Source of the DNA: Mantamonas sphyraenae STR306
Lineage: Eukaryota; Protista; CRuMs
DNA length: 64,000 bases
Assembly: GCA_026936335.1 (NCBI GenBank)
Contig: JAPMXV010000072.1
Location: 188,491-252,490 of the forward strand
Direction: 5' to 3'
The notes beneath the pieces were generated by a model. That model was not told where the DNA came from. It saw nothing but the letters and a program-made list of their open reading frames with translations, and made no database searches. Of this stretch, positions 1-12,727 are shown one piece after another. Position 1 is the stretch's first letter, and every line of letters begins with the position of its first letter. The translations under genes were made by a program, and so were the position numbers.

Positions 1-445
1 GGAAGTCGCAGCGAGCATCCACAACATGGCTGTGGTGTACCAGGCCAAGGGAGAGTACGATCGGGCACTGGAGCTGTATGAGCAGGCACTGGGGATCGAG
101 CGACGGGTGCATGGTGGGGATGAGCACCCATCTGTGGCCACGAGCATCCACAACATAGCTAGTGTGTACGATGACAAGGGAGAGTACGATCGGGCACTGG
201 AGCTGCATGAGCAGGCACTGGAGATCTATCGACGTGTGCATGGTGGGGATGAGCACCCGTCTGTGGCCACGAGCATACACAACATGGCTCGGGTGTACAC
301 AGCCAAGGGAGAGTACGAACGGGCACTGCAGCTACTCAAGCAGGCAAAAGATGTCCTCCGATCGACACAAGCACCCCGTTCACTCATACAATCTGTCGAG
401 AATGGCATCCGATATTGCAAGATCAAGCTCCAGGATCGACGATGA
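1..445 (+). CDS. 3' end of a TPR-repeat protein (kinesin light chain/NPHP3-like TPR_12 repeats), 5' part outside the window
   Basis: 43-aa (129-nt) tandem repeats HPSVATSIHNxAxVYxxKGEYDRALELxEQALxIxRRVHGGDE; TGA stop at 443-445. Confidence 0.85.
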   Translation, partial: EVAASIHNMAVVYQAKGEYDRALELYEQALGIERRVHGGDEHPSVATSIHNIASVYDDKGEYDRALELHEQALEIYRRVHGGDEHPSVATSIHNMARVYTAKGEYERALQLLKQAKDVLRSTQAPRSLIQSVENGIRYCKIKLQDRR

Positions 446-622
446 AGCCCCCTCTCAAATCCAATGCACTTGTGTCACCCCACAACCCACCCACCCAACC
501 ATCAGTCCATGCCATCCGCCTTTGCGTTTTCTCCGTCTCTGCGCCCGCTCCAGCAACTTGCACCTCCATCACAAGCAAATCCCCCCTACCCCCCTTTAAA
601 ACTTTCTCAACAAAGAAGAACA

Positions 623-1271
623 ATGATCAGTCTTTCAGTGGAAATGGACTACGTGGCCGTGTTTGGCACGGCGGTGGCTGCCTGGATCTGCGGCGCCGTC
701 TGGTATGGCATCTTTGGCGAAAAGTGGATCAAGCTGTGCAAGCTCGACCCCAAGAAGATTGCAGAGAACCAGTCTCCCATGCCCCATCTCGGCTCCCTCA
801 TGACCACGGTGCTTTCCAGCCTCATCATGTTCCACTTTTTGCAGCACCTCAAAATCACAACCTACGTCGACGCCTTCCGCCTCAGGTGAGTGTCTCACAA
901 CACCGTTGACCCCACCCTGTGCATCTCTTGGTCGCATGTATTCCCTTCTTCCGCCTGCCGAATCCAGACACTGCGCCTGCGCCTCGTTGGAGCCCTCCCA
1001 GCCGGAAAGAAACGCTGAGAATCTGACACGAAATTTCGACACTTTCCCCATTTCCTCCGGCGGCCCCTGCAGCTCGTTTGCGGTGCTTGGTTTCGGTCTC
1101 ACCTTCCAGTTCATCCACTTTATCTACGACGGCCGTCCCCTGGGTCTGTTCTTCATCGACGGTGGCTACGACTGGATGACGGCCGTTGTCCTTGCCTGCG
1201 GCCATGTTTTCTTTTCCCAGCGCAACATTGTGGCTGCTGCTGAAGCTGCTGCCGCTGCTGCCACTGCCTAA
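623..1271 (+). CDS. DUF1761-like small membrane protein; exons 623-885 and 1073-1271
   Basis: GT-AG intron 886-1072 with CTGAC branch site joins the frames. Motifs GAVWYG..FGEKW and YDGRPLGLFFIDGGY with about 4 hydrophobic segments. Confidence 0.7.
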
Positions 1272-1399
1272 GCGCTCCCTGTGTGTATCACACACAGCTG
1301 GTTCACGCCTGCACTGCAAACGTGTGCAAGAGAGCACTGAGAGCGCCGGGAGGAGCAAAAATGAAAGGCCCAAGCTGTGGTTCCCGGGAACTCGATTTT

Positions 1400-3229
1400 T
1401 CATTCGTCGTCTTCGTCCTCGTCGTCGTCTTGGCCTCCGGATGCACTGGACTCGCCGTTCTCGTCGCTGCTGCTGCCGCTGCCTCCACTCTCGTGCTCCA
1501 GCTTGGCCTCTTCGTACTTGACAATGCGTGCAGCAAGCTGGTCAGCGTACCGTTTGTAGAATTTCTCAAAGTAGAACCCGGCGCCGTTCCACACGCTTTG
1601 CCAGACGATGACTGCGGACGGAAAAGGGAAAGGGAGTGTGTGAAAAGGTTGTGTGAGCATCCAAAGGAGCGAGCGCATGGGGGGAGGGGGGACGAGGGGG
1701 AGGTGGACGTACAGATCAACCAGGCTGTGTTTGCCCAGTAGTGTTCAAACATAAACTTGATGGGCAGAATGGTGAGAATGGTGTAGACGCTTTGGCCGGC
1801 CATAAAGATGAGCACGTGATATTCCTCTGGGGTGCCTGTCTTGGCCAGGATCTTGTGGACAAAGCTCTTGCGCGAGGCAGAGAGCCAACGCAGCGAGGTC
1901 TGCAGACGTCCATCCTTCTCCAGCTTCTCCTTGTCCACATACTCGGTCTTGAGGTAGTAGGCCACCTGCCAGAAGAGGTACATGAGAAAGGGGAGCAAGA
2001 GGGAGTAGCGCCACTCCAAGGTGCACTCCTCTGTGCTGCACACCGAATAGCCCGGCAGATCACTCCAGCGCAGAGTCCATGTGACAATGGGTGGGAAAAT
2101 GTGGATAAAGATGGATGTCATCTTGTCCAGGTCGTGAAAGACGACCGCGTTGCCCCAGACGATGATTGCCCACGCCAGGGGCCCATTGCTGTGTGCGGTT
2201 GGGTTGGGAGGGGGGCACATGGGGGTTAGGGTTGTGCCAGTACAACTGTGCATGTGTGGAATGGTGTGGATGAGTCAATCGCCTACCTGAGCGCAAAGAT
2301 CAAGGTGAACAGCTGGTCCTCCATGGGGTACAGAAACAGGTAGAATCCCATGATACACTGGGTAAAGTAGCAAAAGTCTGTGGAAGGGAAACGGGAGGGG
2401 TGAGCAATGTGAAGAGCCACCGTGTGTGTGTGTGTGTGTGTGTGTGGCTCGATGGAAGCACGTACCCAGGAGAAAGTAGTGCCACTTGTTGCGGTGGTAG
2501 ATGATCCAACGCATAATCATAAGCTGGGGGGGGGATGGAATGAGTGATTGCGCACAGGATGGGATGTATGTCGAGGGCAGATGGGCAACACAGCAACGTA
2601 CAGTGACAATCCAAAAGGTGTAAAAGGGCACCATCCACTGCGGCGCCTGCAGGGCGACGGCTTGCGTCACAAGCATGTTGATGACGCCCACTGTAAACAT
2701 AAACTTGTCCAACCACTGTTGGATGGCCGGTCGTTTGGCCTTGAGCTGCAACTCCTGTGGCGTAGGAGGGCCAGCGTGACGTGTCAGCAGGGGCTCATTT
2801 TTCGCGCTTCCGGCATTTTTTGCCACCACGCCTGTACCTTTGTTCGTTCCTTGAGCTTTTCTGTGTTGCGTCGCACCATATCCTCAAAGTTGTCTGTGCG
2901 CTCGTCGAGTTTGAGCAGGTTGATGACCTGTTCACGGCGTTCACGAAGGCCGTCCTGGAATCGTTCGCGCTCACGCGACACCATGGCTGCCCACTTGTCC
3001 AGCACCTTGTTCGGTGCCCCCTCTGTACTGTGCGATCCCACTGTCTGTTCCAACAGGCTGTACGACTGGCCAATCGACTCCCACAGTTCGTCCTCGGCGC
3101 TGAGCGGGGTGTTTGCGAGGGGTGTGTGTCAGAATCAGCCTCCAAAAGTGCATCTCAAACTCGGGTGCATCCCACAACCTACGTCAGATACGCCTCCACA
3201 AACTCGGAATCTGCATCCGATGAGGTCAT
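1400..3229 (-). CDS. GPC1: Glycerophosphocholine acyltransferase Gpc1/DUF2838 family, multi-exon
   Basis: Motifs NGPLAWAIIVWGNAVVFHDLDKMTSIFIHIFPP, WHYFLL, TSLRWL, VWNGAGFY spread over ORF pieces separated by short GT-AG introns. Probable start MTSSDADSEF at 3229. Confidence 0.8.
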
Positions 3230-3308
3230 GGCTGCGGGTGACTCTGAGTAGTTGGATTTGCGGCGCAACCGCAGCAAAACAAAGAACCCATCGCACACCT
3301 GCCATCCG

Positions 3309-5513
3309 ATGGACGTGGATCCGTTCCAGTTCAGCATGCAGAGTGTGCCTCTGCCGGACCTGGACGACGTGTCGTTGTCGTCCCAGGAAACGGTGGGTGA
3401 GGCAACCACGACGGCGGCGGCGGCGGCGGCGGCTGATCCCGTGCAGGCCAAGCTGGATCGTGTCATGGCGGTTCGTTCTCGGTACGACGGCCACCAAGCA
3501 GAGGCCATGGAGAAGCCAGATGCCCCGCGTGTGCGACCAGCCAAGCGCACCATGGCACGATTGGGAGGCACACGTCAAGGTGTGCAGCAAGTCGTCGCTC
3601 GCAGCCGCTACAGAGAGACACGGCCCATGCAGCCACAGGTCCATGAGCCGTCCATGATGCGTGTGCCCACCCTGCCAGAGTCGGAGAGGAGTAAACGGCC
3701 GCTGGCGGCGAGTGGGGCGGCACGAAAGGACGGGGCGGGAAATTGGCGCGAAAATCGCGCGTTTATCGACATGGAGCTGGAGCGCGCGGGCAGGGAGCAA
3801 AAGGAGGCACAGGAGACGTGGAAGCGCAAGATGACAGAGATGATGAGGGAAGGCAAGGCGAGGACGAGTGGAAACAATGGTGTGGCAGCAGGAGTGGACT
3901 TGGCGGAGCTGGACGAGTTGGACGGGCCAGAAATCGTGCCGGCGACCACAGGACGCAGCAGTAGCAGGAGCAGCGTGGACGAGGCGAGGGAGGATGGACG
4001 CAATGTGTCTGTACAGGTGTTGCGGCAGGGGAATCTGACACGCTTTGTGGGGCTGGATGGGAATAAGCGGGAACCGGAACGGGAATCGCAAAGACCCAAG
4101 AAGCGCTCACCTGGGCGAAAGGCAAAGCAGGTGAACACGCTGACGGAAATGGCCGTGGTTGAACAGACCATGGATTGTCCGGTGTGTCCCAAACGGCTGC
4201 CCATGAGTCTGCTTCAGCAGCATGTGAACAGCCACTTTGAAGCAGAGGTGGAGGCGGTTGTTCCTCCAGCCCCTGTGATCAGTCAGGAAGAGGTTGTGAT
4301 CACACCTCCTACGAGTTCCTCGTCACACGCCGTGACACCGTCATCGTCGTCTCGACGTCGCCAACACAGTGGCCGTGTGCATACACCGAATCAAGGAGGC
4401 GCGTCGGCAGAGGAGAGAGCATCGACACCAGGACGATCGGCCAAGAAACTGAAAATGAGTCTGGTTGCATGCAGCAAGAGTCTAAAGGAGAAGAAGCCAC
4501 GCATTGAGGACACGTTGTTTGACTCGGAGGAGGATGACTCGCAAACACGTAGGCAAACGCTGATGGAGGGGTTTGTGGAACGCAGGGTAGGAGGAGGGGC
4601 CGATGGGAGTGGGCATGGGACGACACAGCAGGTGCGGAGGCTGCCGACGGGCTTTGCAGGACGCAAGGCATCGTCGGTGAGGCGGAAGAAGAAACCGCAA
4701 CGGAGGGCGAACAAACGGGAACGGGAGCAGGTGAGCATGATGGCAGTGGCCATGGAAGGAGAGGAAAGTGGCAAGAGAGCACGTGTGGATGTGGATGTAG
4801 ATGCAGAGACGGAGGATGAGGAGGATTTCGACGAAGAGGAAGAAGTTCCTGGGAATGGTAGTCAGATCATGGACATGCCAATGACAGACGACGAAGTGGA
4901 CATGGTACCAGAGTCGCAAGAGGAGGGCACAGTGGATGGGTTGGATGGGTTGGATGGGTTTGATGTGGATGTGGATGTGGTGGAGGACAGCGAACAGGAG
5001 AGTGAGCTGGAGGGCGACGCACAGGACGTGCTGGGTACGCAGGATGGAGAGGATGGAGAGGATGGAGGGGACAGCAGCAGCGACGACAGCGAGTACTTTG
5101 ACGAAGTGCCACTGTCGTTCAAGGCGTTGTTGAGTGGAGGCAGTGGGGAGGAGGACGGTGCCGATGAGCAACAACGAGTGCGCATGGGCGGCAAGCTGGA
5201 CACGGGAGGCATCGAGGATGGCGATCTGGCTTCGTGGGTGGCTGCGCATCCAGAAAGCGTAGAAAAGGGCAAAGGCAAAGGCACGGGGACGAAAAAGTCG
5301 CGGAGCAAATGGGCCGGGTTGAGTGCCGATGAGTTGATTGCACGGAACCTGGAAATGGTGGAGAAGAATGAGAACAAGCGGCAGCAGGGACAAGGGGGTG
5401 GGGGCAAGACCAAGAGGAGTGGAGGGCGAGGGAAGAGCAAGGGGGGAAAGAGTCGCTCGTCGTACTGGTACTGGCGGTCGCGGGGAAGGGGTAGGGGACG
5501 AGGGAGAGGATGA
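3309..5513 (+). CDS. Largely disordered acidic/basic protein with one UBZ-type zinc finger; probably nuclear
   Basis: Long ORF with CPVCPKRLPMSLLQQHVNSHF (C2HH/UBZ-like), basic NLS-like runs and an RG-rich C-terminus. Confidence 0.65.
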   Translation: MDVDPFQFSMQSVPLPDLDDVSLSSQETVGEATTTAAAAAAADPVQAKLDRVMAVRSRYDGHQAEAMEKPDAPRVRPAKRTMARLGGTRQGVQQVVARSRYRETRPMQPQVHEPSMMRVPTLPESERSKRPLAASGAARKDGAGNWRENRAFIDMELERAGREQKEAQETWKRKMTEMMREGKARTSGNNGVAAGVDLAELDELDGPEIVPATTGRSSSRSSVDEAREDGRNVSVQVLRQGNLTRFVGLDGNKREPERESQRPKKRSPGRKAKQVNTLTEMAVVEQTMDCPVCPKRLPMSLLQQHVNSHFEAEVEAVVPPAPVISQEEVVITPPTSSSSHAVTPSSSSRRRQHSGRVHTPNQGGASAEERASTPGRSAKKLKMSLVACSKSLKEKKPRIEDTLFDSEEDDSQTRRQTLMEGFVERRVGGGADGSGHGTTQQVRRLPTGFAGRKASSVRRKKKPQRRANKREREQVSMMAVAMEGEESGKRARVDVDVDAETEDEEDFDEEEEVPGNGSQIMDMPMTDDEVDMVPESQEEGTVDGLDGLDGFDVDVDVVEDSEQESELEGDAQDVLGTQDGEDGEDGGDSSSDDSEYFDEVPLSFKALLSGGSGEEDGADEQQRVRMGGKLDTGGIEDGDLASWVAAHPESVEKGKGKGTGTKKSRSKWAGLSADELIARNLEMVEKNENKRQQGQGGGGKTKRSGGRGKSKGGKSRSSYWYWRSRGRGRGRGRG

Positions 5514-5555
5514 TGAGAGGCAACAAAGGGATCGAATTGCATTCTTGTTCGTTCA

Positions 5556-6715
5556 TTAGGTTGTTGAGGGTGTGGAGGGTGCAGGGGTTGCACTTGTTGC
5601 GTAGGAAAAGAACCAGAACTTGAATGCGAGTGCAACGAGGGCATGGACAAAGAGGAGAAAGGCGAGGACGATGACGTAGGCGCCACTCATGTACTGGTTG
5701 AGGATGGGTTTGAGATTGGAGAGGAGAAACCAGCCGGAACTGGCAAAGGTGACGGCGACAATGGTCCATCGCAGACCCTCGCTGGGGATGACACACAGCA
5801 CAGCGGCAAGGACAAAGGAGGTGAGGCAGTAGCCGTATAGACAGATGAGTTGGAGGTAGGTGACAGGGACAGCCACGTAGCGCAGGTAGGCGTACAGGGC
5901 AAGGGTAAACAGGAACAGATAGCCGTAGGACAGCATGCAGGCATATGTGATCTGGTTAAAGTCATACTGCCATGCAGCTGTGTCTGCACCAGACTCACCC
6001 GTTGGGTTAAAGGCAAAGTAGGAGGCCATGTTTCCGGAAACGGCGATGGCAAAGATGAGCGTGGTGGCAATCCAAAACGGCCCATAGAGATCGGCATTGC
6101 CACCCACTCGTTCCAGAAAGTTGCCCACCATGGGGTTGATGCTCAGCACAAGCCGACGTGCCACGTCCGCACTGTCCACGTCGTACATGGCTTTGTAATA
6201 CTCCAAAGAAAAGATGGAGGCCGAGTTGCCACCGGCGCCGCTGCTGCTGCTCCCGTCTGCCCCTGTGGAGAAGCCAAGGTCTGAACGGGATGGGGTCAGC
6301 CACGTCACACGGGTGTGTATGTGTGTGTGTACAGTCAGTGTGTGTGTGTGTGATTGCGTGTGTGTGTGTGGGGGGAATGAACAACGCAGGCCCACGCACC
6401 ATCGTCCTGCTGGCCAATGTATTTGATCGTCGGCTTGGGCCGCTTCGCCTTGCCCAGCTTGGCGGTGGACACAGGTGTGGATCCAGGCGGAAGCTCTGTG
6501 TGTGTGTGTGATGATGGGCAGCGCATGGGCAGGGAGGGATGGGTGTAATTGTCAGGGAGGGGTGGGTCAGGGAGGGAGAATGGCCGTGGGAACCCCGACG
6601 CAATAACAGGTGGTGGTGGGGGGGATGGGGAGTGTTGAGCAGGCGGACACAGAGACAAGGCGGGAAACCTACCTGCAAACTCAAGGGCGTCCGTGCTCTG
6701 GTTGTTGTCGGACAT
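5556..6715 (-). CDS. YIPF1: Yip1-domain Golgi protein (YIPF1/2-like), multi-exon
   Basis: FSLEYYKAMYDVD, ADLYGPFWIATTLIF, CLYGY motifs. Start MSDNNQSTDALEFA at 6715 is followed by GT-AG introns. Confidence 0.85.
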
Positions 6716-6869
6716 GAGTGTGTATGATGAGTTGGGTCGGCTTGCGTGCCGCGACACAACTCAACGACACCCGACTGAGCATCACCTTCTTGGGCAGCTC
6801 AACAGACACACAGCAACTAGCACACACAACCACACGAGTTCACACACACACATTCACACACATTTTGTA

Positions 6870-7137
6870 ATGTCATCTTCGTCGGGATCATCGGCGGGCG
6901 GGCTTGGCGCGTCGTTCCGTCCGAACACAGCACCAGCCAGGACGACCAAGCATCAGATTGTGGGAAACTACGACAGCAACATTTTCGTGGCCGTACGGTA
7001 TGTGGAACCCGAGCGCAGGAGGGGGGAGGGTGTGTTGGCCATGCACACGCGTGGAGAGGTTGACGGGTTGGCGCCAAAACGAAGCAACGGATTTTTTTGA
7101 TTTTCGCGGGCGCGGATTTTGTTCACACACACACACT

Positions 7138-7171
<34 letters not shown>

Positions 7172-9967
7172 GGGAACAGAGTGAGGCCTGCGACGGTAAA
7201 GGAGGAGCGCAGTGGCAAGCACCGGGAGATTGTCAAGACGATGGACGAGCACGTGCTTGTGTTTGATCCGAAAAGCAACAAGGAGGATGCGCCTCGTCGC
7301 GGGGTGCCGACGGGCAAGCGAGCGAAAGACGAGGTGCTTGCGTTTGACCGGGTGTTCCAACAGGACGCATGTCAACGGGAGGTGTACGAGGCTACGACGA
7401 AGCCACTGTTGGACAGTGTGATGGATGGGATCAACGCGACGGTGTTTGCGTACGGGGCGACGGGGGCGGGCAAGACGTTCACCATGATTGGGACGGCGGA
7501 GAAGCCCGGGGTGATGGTGCACACCATTGAGGATCTGTTTGAACGGATGGAGGAACGACGTCTGGACAAGGAGTTCAAGCTGGTCATGACCTACCTGGAG
7601 GTGTACAACGAAACCATCCGGGATCTGCTGGACTTTGACGGGGACCGCAAGCCACTGTCGCTGCGTGAAGACCCACGCAAGGGCCCCGTGGTGGCAGGCA
7701 TCAGCAAGCATGTGATTGAGTCGCCCGACGAGGTGTTTGATCTGCTGGAGGCGGGCAATCGCCATCGCACGCAGTCGCCCACAGAGGCAAACGCGGAATC
7801 GTCGCGCTCGCACGCGGTGCTGACCATTCACATCCACGGCACGGAGCGGACCAAGAACACGTCGTCGTCGGTCAAGGTGGGCAAGCTGTCCCTGATCGAT
7901 CTGGCCGGGTCGGAGCGCGCGAGTGTGACCAAGAATCGCGGGTCCCGGCTGATCGAGGGGGCAAACATCAACAAGTCGCTGCTGGCGCTGGCCAACTGCA
8001 TCAACGCACTGGGGGCGTCGTACAAGAAGGGCGGCCACGTGCCGTACCGCAACAGCAAGTTGACGCGTCTGCTGAAGGACTCGCTGGGGGGCAGTTGCAA
8101 GACGGTGATGATTGCCAACGTGTCACCCTCGGCCTGCTCCTCCGAGGATTCGTACAACACGCTCAAGTACGCCAACCGGGCCAAGAACATCAAAACCAAG
8201 ATTGTGAAGAATGTGGTCAAGGTGGACCACCACATCAGCGAGTACACACGCATCATCGAGGAGCTGCGCAACGAGAACCAGAGCCTGAAGGAGCAGATCC
8301 GCGTGTACGAACCCCACACGTACCGTGGCGGTGAGGATGGCGAGGAGGGCGGCGGTGCGGGTGCAGCTGCGCGTGAGGAAGCCATGCGGGAGAAGATTGA
8401 GGAGTTTCGCACACACATCCAGATCTGCTTCAGCACACGGGCAGAGATTGTGCAGGAGCTGGTGGACATTGAGCGGGAGGAGAGCAGCACGTCGGCGCGA
8501 ATTTACCAGTTGCAGTCGCGTGTGGATGCGCTGGAGGCAGAGGCAGAGGAAGCGGATGCGGGGGCGGAGGAGGATCAGGAAGAGGCGGCAGAGCGTGCGG
8601 AGGAGTTGGAAGCACTGCGTGCCGAGGTGGAAGAGGCAAACGAGACGATGGAGCTGATTATGTCGAACAAGAACAGGTACCTGAGTTTGTTTGAGCAGAA
8701 CGGACGGGATCGGGCGCTGATTGAGCTGGACATCAAGAAGATGGTGCGGGACCCCGTGCACCGGGAGTTTCTGGCGCAGGAGTTCAACGTGCAGCGGCTG
8801 CAGTGCGACTCGTTGGAGATGGAGCGTGTGATGTTGGTGCGCGACAGCGAACACGCGGCACGGGAGGCACAGTTGCAGGCGTACGAGGCGCAGATGGAAA
8901 AGATGATGGCCACCATGCGGCGGCAGCAGGCGGCGCTGGCACAGGGCAAGCCCTTGGACGATGCTCTGCAACGGGAGTATGTGGCAAGCAAGAAGACGTA
9001 CGAGAGTGTGTTGGTGAACGGCACACACCGGCGTCGGGGACACTTTGCCACGTTTCGCAAGGATGTGGGACGATTCAAGACCCCGGGCAAGGGCAAACTG
9101 ATGGAGAGTGTGGGTGGAGGCGTGGGTGGCGACGGCCATTCGTTGTCGTCCATGCGAGGCAGGCGCAAGGTGGGATTGAGCAGCAGCGCAGGTGGTGCTG
9201 GTGGTGCTGGTGGTGCTGGCAGCATGAGCAAGAAGGGCGAGGGTGGAGAGCATGTGCGCAGTCCGTGGCGCAGCCAGGCGTCGCGTCGTGCTGAGAGCAG
9301 GGCACGTGTGAGTGGCGGGTCGCCGTTGAAGGCACATGGCAACGCAGGGGCGGTGTTGGAGCGAATCAACCGATGGAAGGAGAGCACGCCCGGACGCAAG
9401 ATGGGCAAGAGTGTGGCCACCATGCGCATGGGAAGCAGCAGGCGAGACAACGAGGAGGAGGAGGAGGAGAACGAGGAGGATGAGGAGAGTGTGTTGGATC
9501 AGAGCAGCGCCAGCAGCAGGGTGGACGAAACACTGGAGAGCGTGATCCTGGAGGATGTGAGCATCAACTCGTCGTTGGCATCGGTGCGAGGCATGGATTC
9601 GCAGCAGAGGACACTGGCCAAGCTGTTTGACGAGGTGGGTGGCAGCAAAACCAAGGCGGAGCGTGTGGTGCGTGGTGGCGGAGGTGGTGGTGGATTGCGA
9701 CGTCCCACCTCTCGCAGCCGCAGCAGCAGCAAGGAGAGCAAAGAGAACAGCAGCCAGCCGCAGCAGCAGCAGCAGCAGCAGCGTGTGCGTCCTGTGACCA
9801 GCAGTGGGATCAGCAGCAGCAGCAGCAGTCGACACGGCATGAAGAAGAGCAACAGCAGCAGCAGTGGACTGGTGGGTAGCTCAGGCAGCCATACGTCGCG
9901 TGCGCAGAAGGAGCATGTGCGACGCATGCGAGCGCAGCGTGAAAAGGCAGTGAGTGCGTGGCGATGA
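6870..9967 (+). CDS. Kinesin-8 family motor (KIF18/KIF19-like); exons 6870-6997 and 7180-9967
   Basis: Spliced IFVAVR/VRP, P-loop YGATGAGKTFT, SSRSHA, DLAGSER, HVPYRNSKLTRLLKDSLGG, then coiled coil and disordered tail. Confidence 0.93.
7124..7170 (+). repeat. (CA)n intronic microsatellite; similar (GT)n/(CA)n tracts lie in introns near 2422, 6312-6370, 12053 and 13472
   Basis: Directly visible dinucleotide tracts inside predicted introns. Confidence 0.9.
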
Positions 9968-10005
9968 GGAGAGGAAGGAAACAAAAGGACCTTGAGTTGA
10001 GCTGT

Positions 10006-11709
10006 TTATGGGCCGACGTACTGCGCCACATCGTCGTAGGAAAGGGTGTAGATCTGCATGTCGTCTGGGGATTGGAGGGTGGCCTGTGCAGAGGATTTGT
10101 TGCGTTGGAGCAGGGTGCACACCTGGCCGTAGAGGGGTGAGGAACGGGAGAGGACTTTGACGAGGCCGCCCTTCTTGGGCAAGGCAGTCTCGAGCTGGTT
10201 CTGGTGGGCATGGACAAGTGGCGTATGGTCGTCAAAGCGTATGGTGCAGGTGTAGGGAGAGAGCACATCCACAATGCTGGCCTTTTTCGTGTAAAAGGCC
10301 CCGTTTTCCGTGTGTTTGTCCACAAAACGCACGCGGATGTCCGGAGCCAGCCACGATGGGCCTGTGGGGGTCATTTGGAGAGATGATGATGATGAGGATG
10401 AGGATGAGGATGCTGTGTGGTTGCTTGGGTTGGGTTTGCTGCGTTTGGTGGCGTGCGGATGTTGTTGTTCCTCCTGTTGATCATCATCATCATTGTCACG
10501 TGGCCGTTTGCTTGTGGATGAGGAATCCTGTGTGTTGGCACTGGTGGTGGTGGTGGTAGTGGTGGTGGTGGTGGTGCCATTTTGGTCAAAGTAGGGATGA
10601 CCATCGTGACGCAACTGGGCCTCGTGGAGGATGGTCAGGTGTTGCCGTTTGACCTTGACATCCTGTCCGTTCTTGAGGGTCACCATGGCTGAGGTGAGAC
10701 CTGCCAACAGTCGTACCCTGCCCCACAGTCCTTCATGCTTGCCCTGTGTGATTTCCACCAGGACCCCCTCGTCCAAGGCGGAGGGTTTGGCAGCAATCAA
10801 CTCCTGGTCCAGGGTGCGATAGTGTTGCACACGACCATCCTTGGAAGTGGGCATGACCTGCACCCCCGATGCCCCTGACCCTGCCCCTGCCCCTGCCTTG
10901 TGTTCCGATGGTTTCTTGTGTCGCTTCTTGTTCCGCGATGGCGGTGGAGGCACGTCTTTGATCTCCGCGCCCAGGCCGGCGCGGTCGGGGCGTGGCACAA
11001 ACTCGATGGGTTGGACAAGGGTGGAGTTGGATGCGGAACGACCCACACCCATGCCCTGAGACCATCCCATGCCACGCATCATGGCAGCCCCGAAATTGTC
11101 CACCGGCACTCGTTCGTAGTCGGCCAGCGAGGCCTGTTCGGGGCGCGAAAGAAGGTCCAGTTTGAAGAGACGGTCATCATCCACACCCTGGGATCGTGCC
11201 TTTTGGACCAGGGGATGGGCAGCTGTGGCAAGGATGGGGGCATTGGATGAGGAGGAGGTGGTGGAGGTGGAGGAGGACGACGGAAGGTGAGCGTGTGTGG
11301 AGGAGCCGTCGTCGGCCGACTCTGCTGTGTCTGCTGCTGTGACATTGGTATTCTGCAACAGGGATTGTGCTGCTTGGGCATCCAATGAAAGGGTGGATTG
11401 AAGGGTGGCAGCATCCACTTCCTTCCACTGCGGCGTGCGTTGCAACGGGATCACCAGATTGTCCGCCGCCGACTGCTTCTTGCGACGCTCTTGTTCTGCC
11501 AGAGACACCCCATGGTTGACAAGGGAATCCACAGACGCAGACGACGACGATGATGAGGCGGAGGCATTGCTCTGGCCATTGCTGTTGCTGGAGGAGGAGG
11601 AGGAGGAGGAGGAGGCAAAGGCACTGACGGAGCCCGCCCGTGGCTTTGGTTTGGACTTTGCCTTGGCCGTGTTGATGGTGAATGCCACAGAAGGTGTGTC
11701 CTGGGACAT
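10006..11709 (-). CDS. GPKOW: G-patch and KOW domain splicing factor (GPKOW/Spp2/MOS2)
   Basis: DYERVPVDNFGAAMMRGMGW...RPDRAGLGA G-patch; C-terminal KOW repeats (WLAPDIRVRFVDK, LETALPKKGG). Confidence 0.88.
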   Translation of the reverse strand: MSQDTPSVAFTINTAKAKSKPKPRAGSVSAFASSSSSSSSSNSNGQSNASASSSSSSASVDSLVNHGVSLAEQERRKKQSAADNLVIPLQRTPQWKEVDAATLQSTLSLDAQAAQSLLQNTNVTAADTAESADDGSSTHAHLPSSSSTSTTSSSSNAPILATAAHPLVQKARSQGVDDDRLFKLDLLSRPEQASLADYERVPVDNFGAAMMRGMGWSQGMGVGRSASNSTLVQPIEFVPRPDRAGLGAEIKDVPPPPSRNKKRHKKPSEHKAGAGAGSGASGVQVMPTSKDGRVQHYRTLDQELIAAKPSALDEGVLVEITQGKHEGLWGRVRLLAGLTSAMVTLKNGQDVKVKRQHLTILHEAQLRHDGHPYFDQNGTTTTTTTTTTTSANTQDSSSTSKRPRDNDDDDQQEEQQHPHATKRSKPNPSNHTASSSSSSSSSSLQMTPTGPSWLAPDIRVRFVDKHTENGAFYTKKASIVDVLSPYTCTIRFDDHTPLVHAHQNQLETALPKKGGLVKVLSRSSPLYGQVCTLLQRNKSSAQATLQSPDDMQIYTLSYDDVAQYVGP

Positions 11710-11803
11710 TCTCTTGGGTGAATGAGAGAGAGAGAGTGTGTGTGTGTGGGGGGGAAGGATTGGGCTGGGGCGGCGGGTGCTGCGCTGGGGCTGGCACGGC
11801 AAG

Positions 11804-12047
11804 ATGTTTTCCAGAGCTGTGAACAGAGTTGGAGTCAAACAGGGGATGCAACTGGGCCTGGGTGTGCAGAGTACAATGTCATGGCTGGGTGGCCAGGGAA
11901 TGGACGTGCAGGTGGCCTGGTATAGCAATGGCAATGGCGGTTGTGCACAGTGCGGAGGTGGAGGCACGGCCGACCTGCTGGTGTGCTCAGAGTGTGGACG
12001 TGTGCAGGATCTTGGGGATGACGTCGACTACTTTGCGCTGTTTGGGT

Positions 12048-12083
<36 letters not shown>

Positions 12084-12627
12084 ATGGCGTGGCAGGTGAG
12101 CGAACGGAAGGTTTGAAATTGGAGCAAACCGGAACTGACACGGAAAGGGGACACACGGGCACAGGGAGGCTGGGTACAGAGTCGACAGCAACCAGCTGCA
12201 CAAAGAGTATCTTGGGGTGTCTAGAAAGACGCACCCCGACCGATTTGAGCGTGAGGGAGGGGAGGAGGTGGCACGTGCGGCAGGGACGTTTGCTCGGATC
12301 AACACAGCATACCAAACACTGAAGGATCCGCTGAAGCGGGCATTGTACATGTTGGAGCAAATGAGTGGGAGTCCCGAGGTGGACAGTGTGGAGAACGATC
12401 CGATGCTGCTGATGGAGGTGATGGAAGCACGGGAGACACTGGAGGAGGCATGGGAGGAGGGAAACACACAGGTGATGGAAGAGATGGTCAATGAGATGGA
12501 CAAACGGATGCAAGAGACGAGTGGATTGTTGGCAGAGGCATTTGAGGCCAAGGAGGTGGAGGAAGCACGGCGATTGACACACAGACTGCAGTACTGGACC
12601 AAATTGCGATCGGAAGCCATGGGATGA
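11804..12627 (+). CDS. HSCB: Mitochondrial Fe-S cluster co-chaperone HscB/HSC20; exons 11804-12048 and 12165-12627
   Basis: CxxC...CxxC motif, DYFALFGL, spliced J-domain with HPD, INTAYQTLKDPLKRALY, LMEVME. Confidence 0.9.
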
Positions 12628-12727
12628 TCATGAGAGAGGTGATGGTGGTGATGGGGTGATGGGGTGGGGATGGGGATGGGATGAGGTTGTGTGTGGGGTG
12701 CGCTGGTGGAGGCAGTGGAACTTGAAG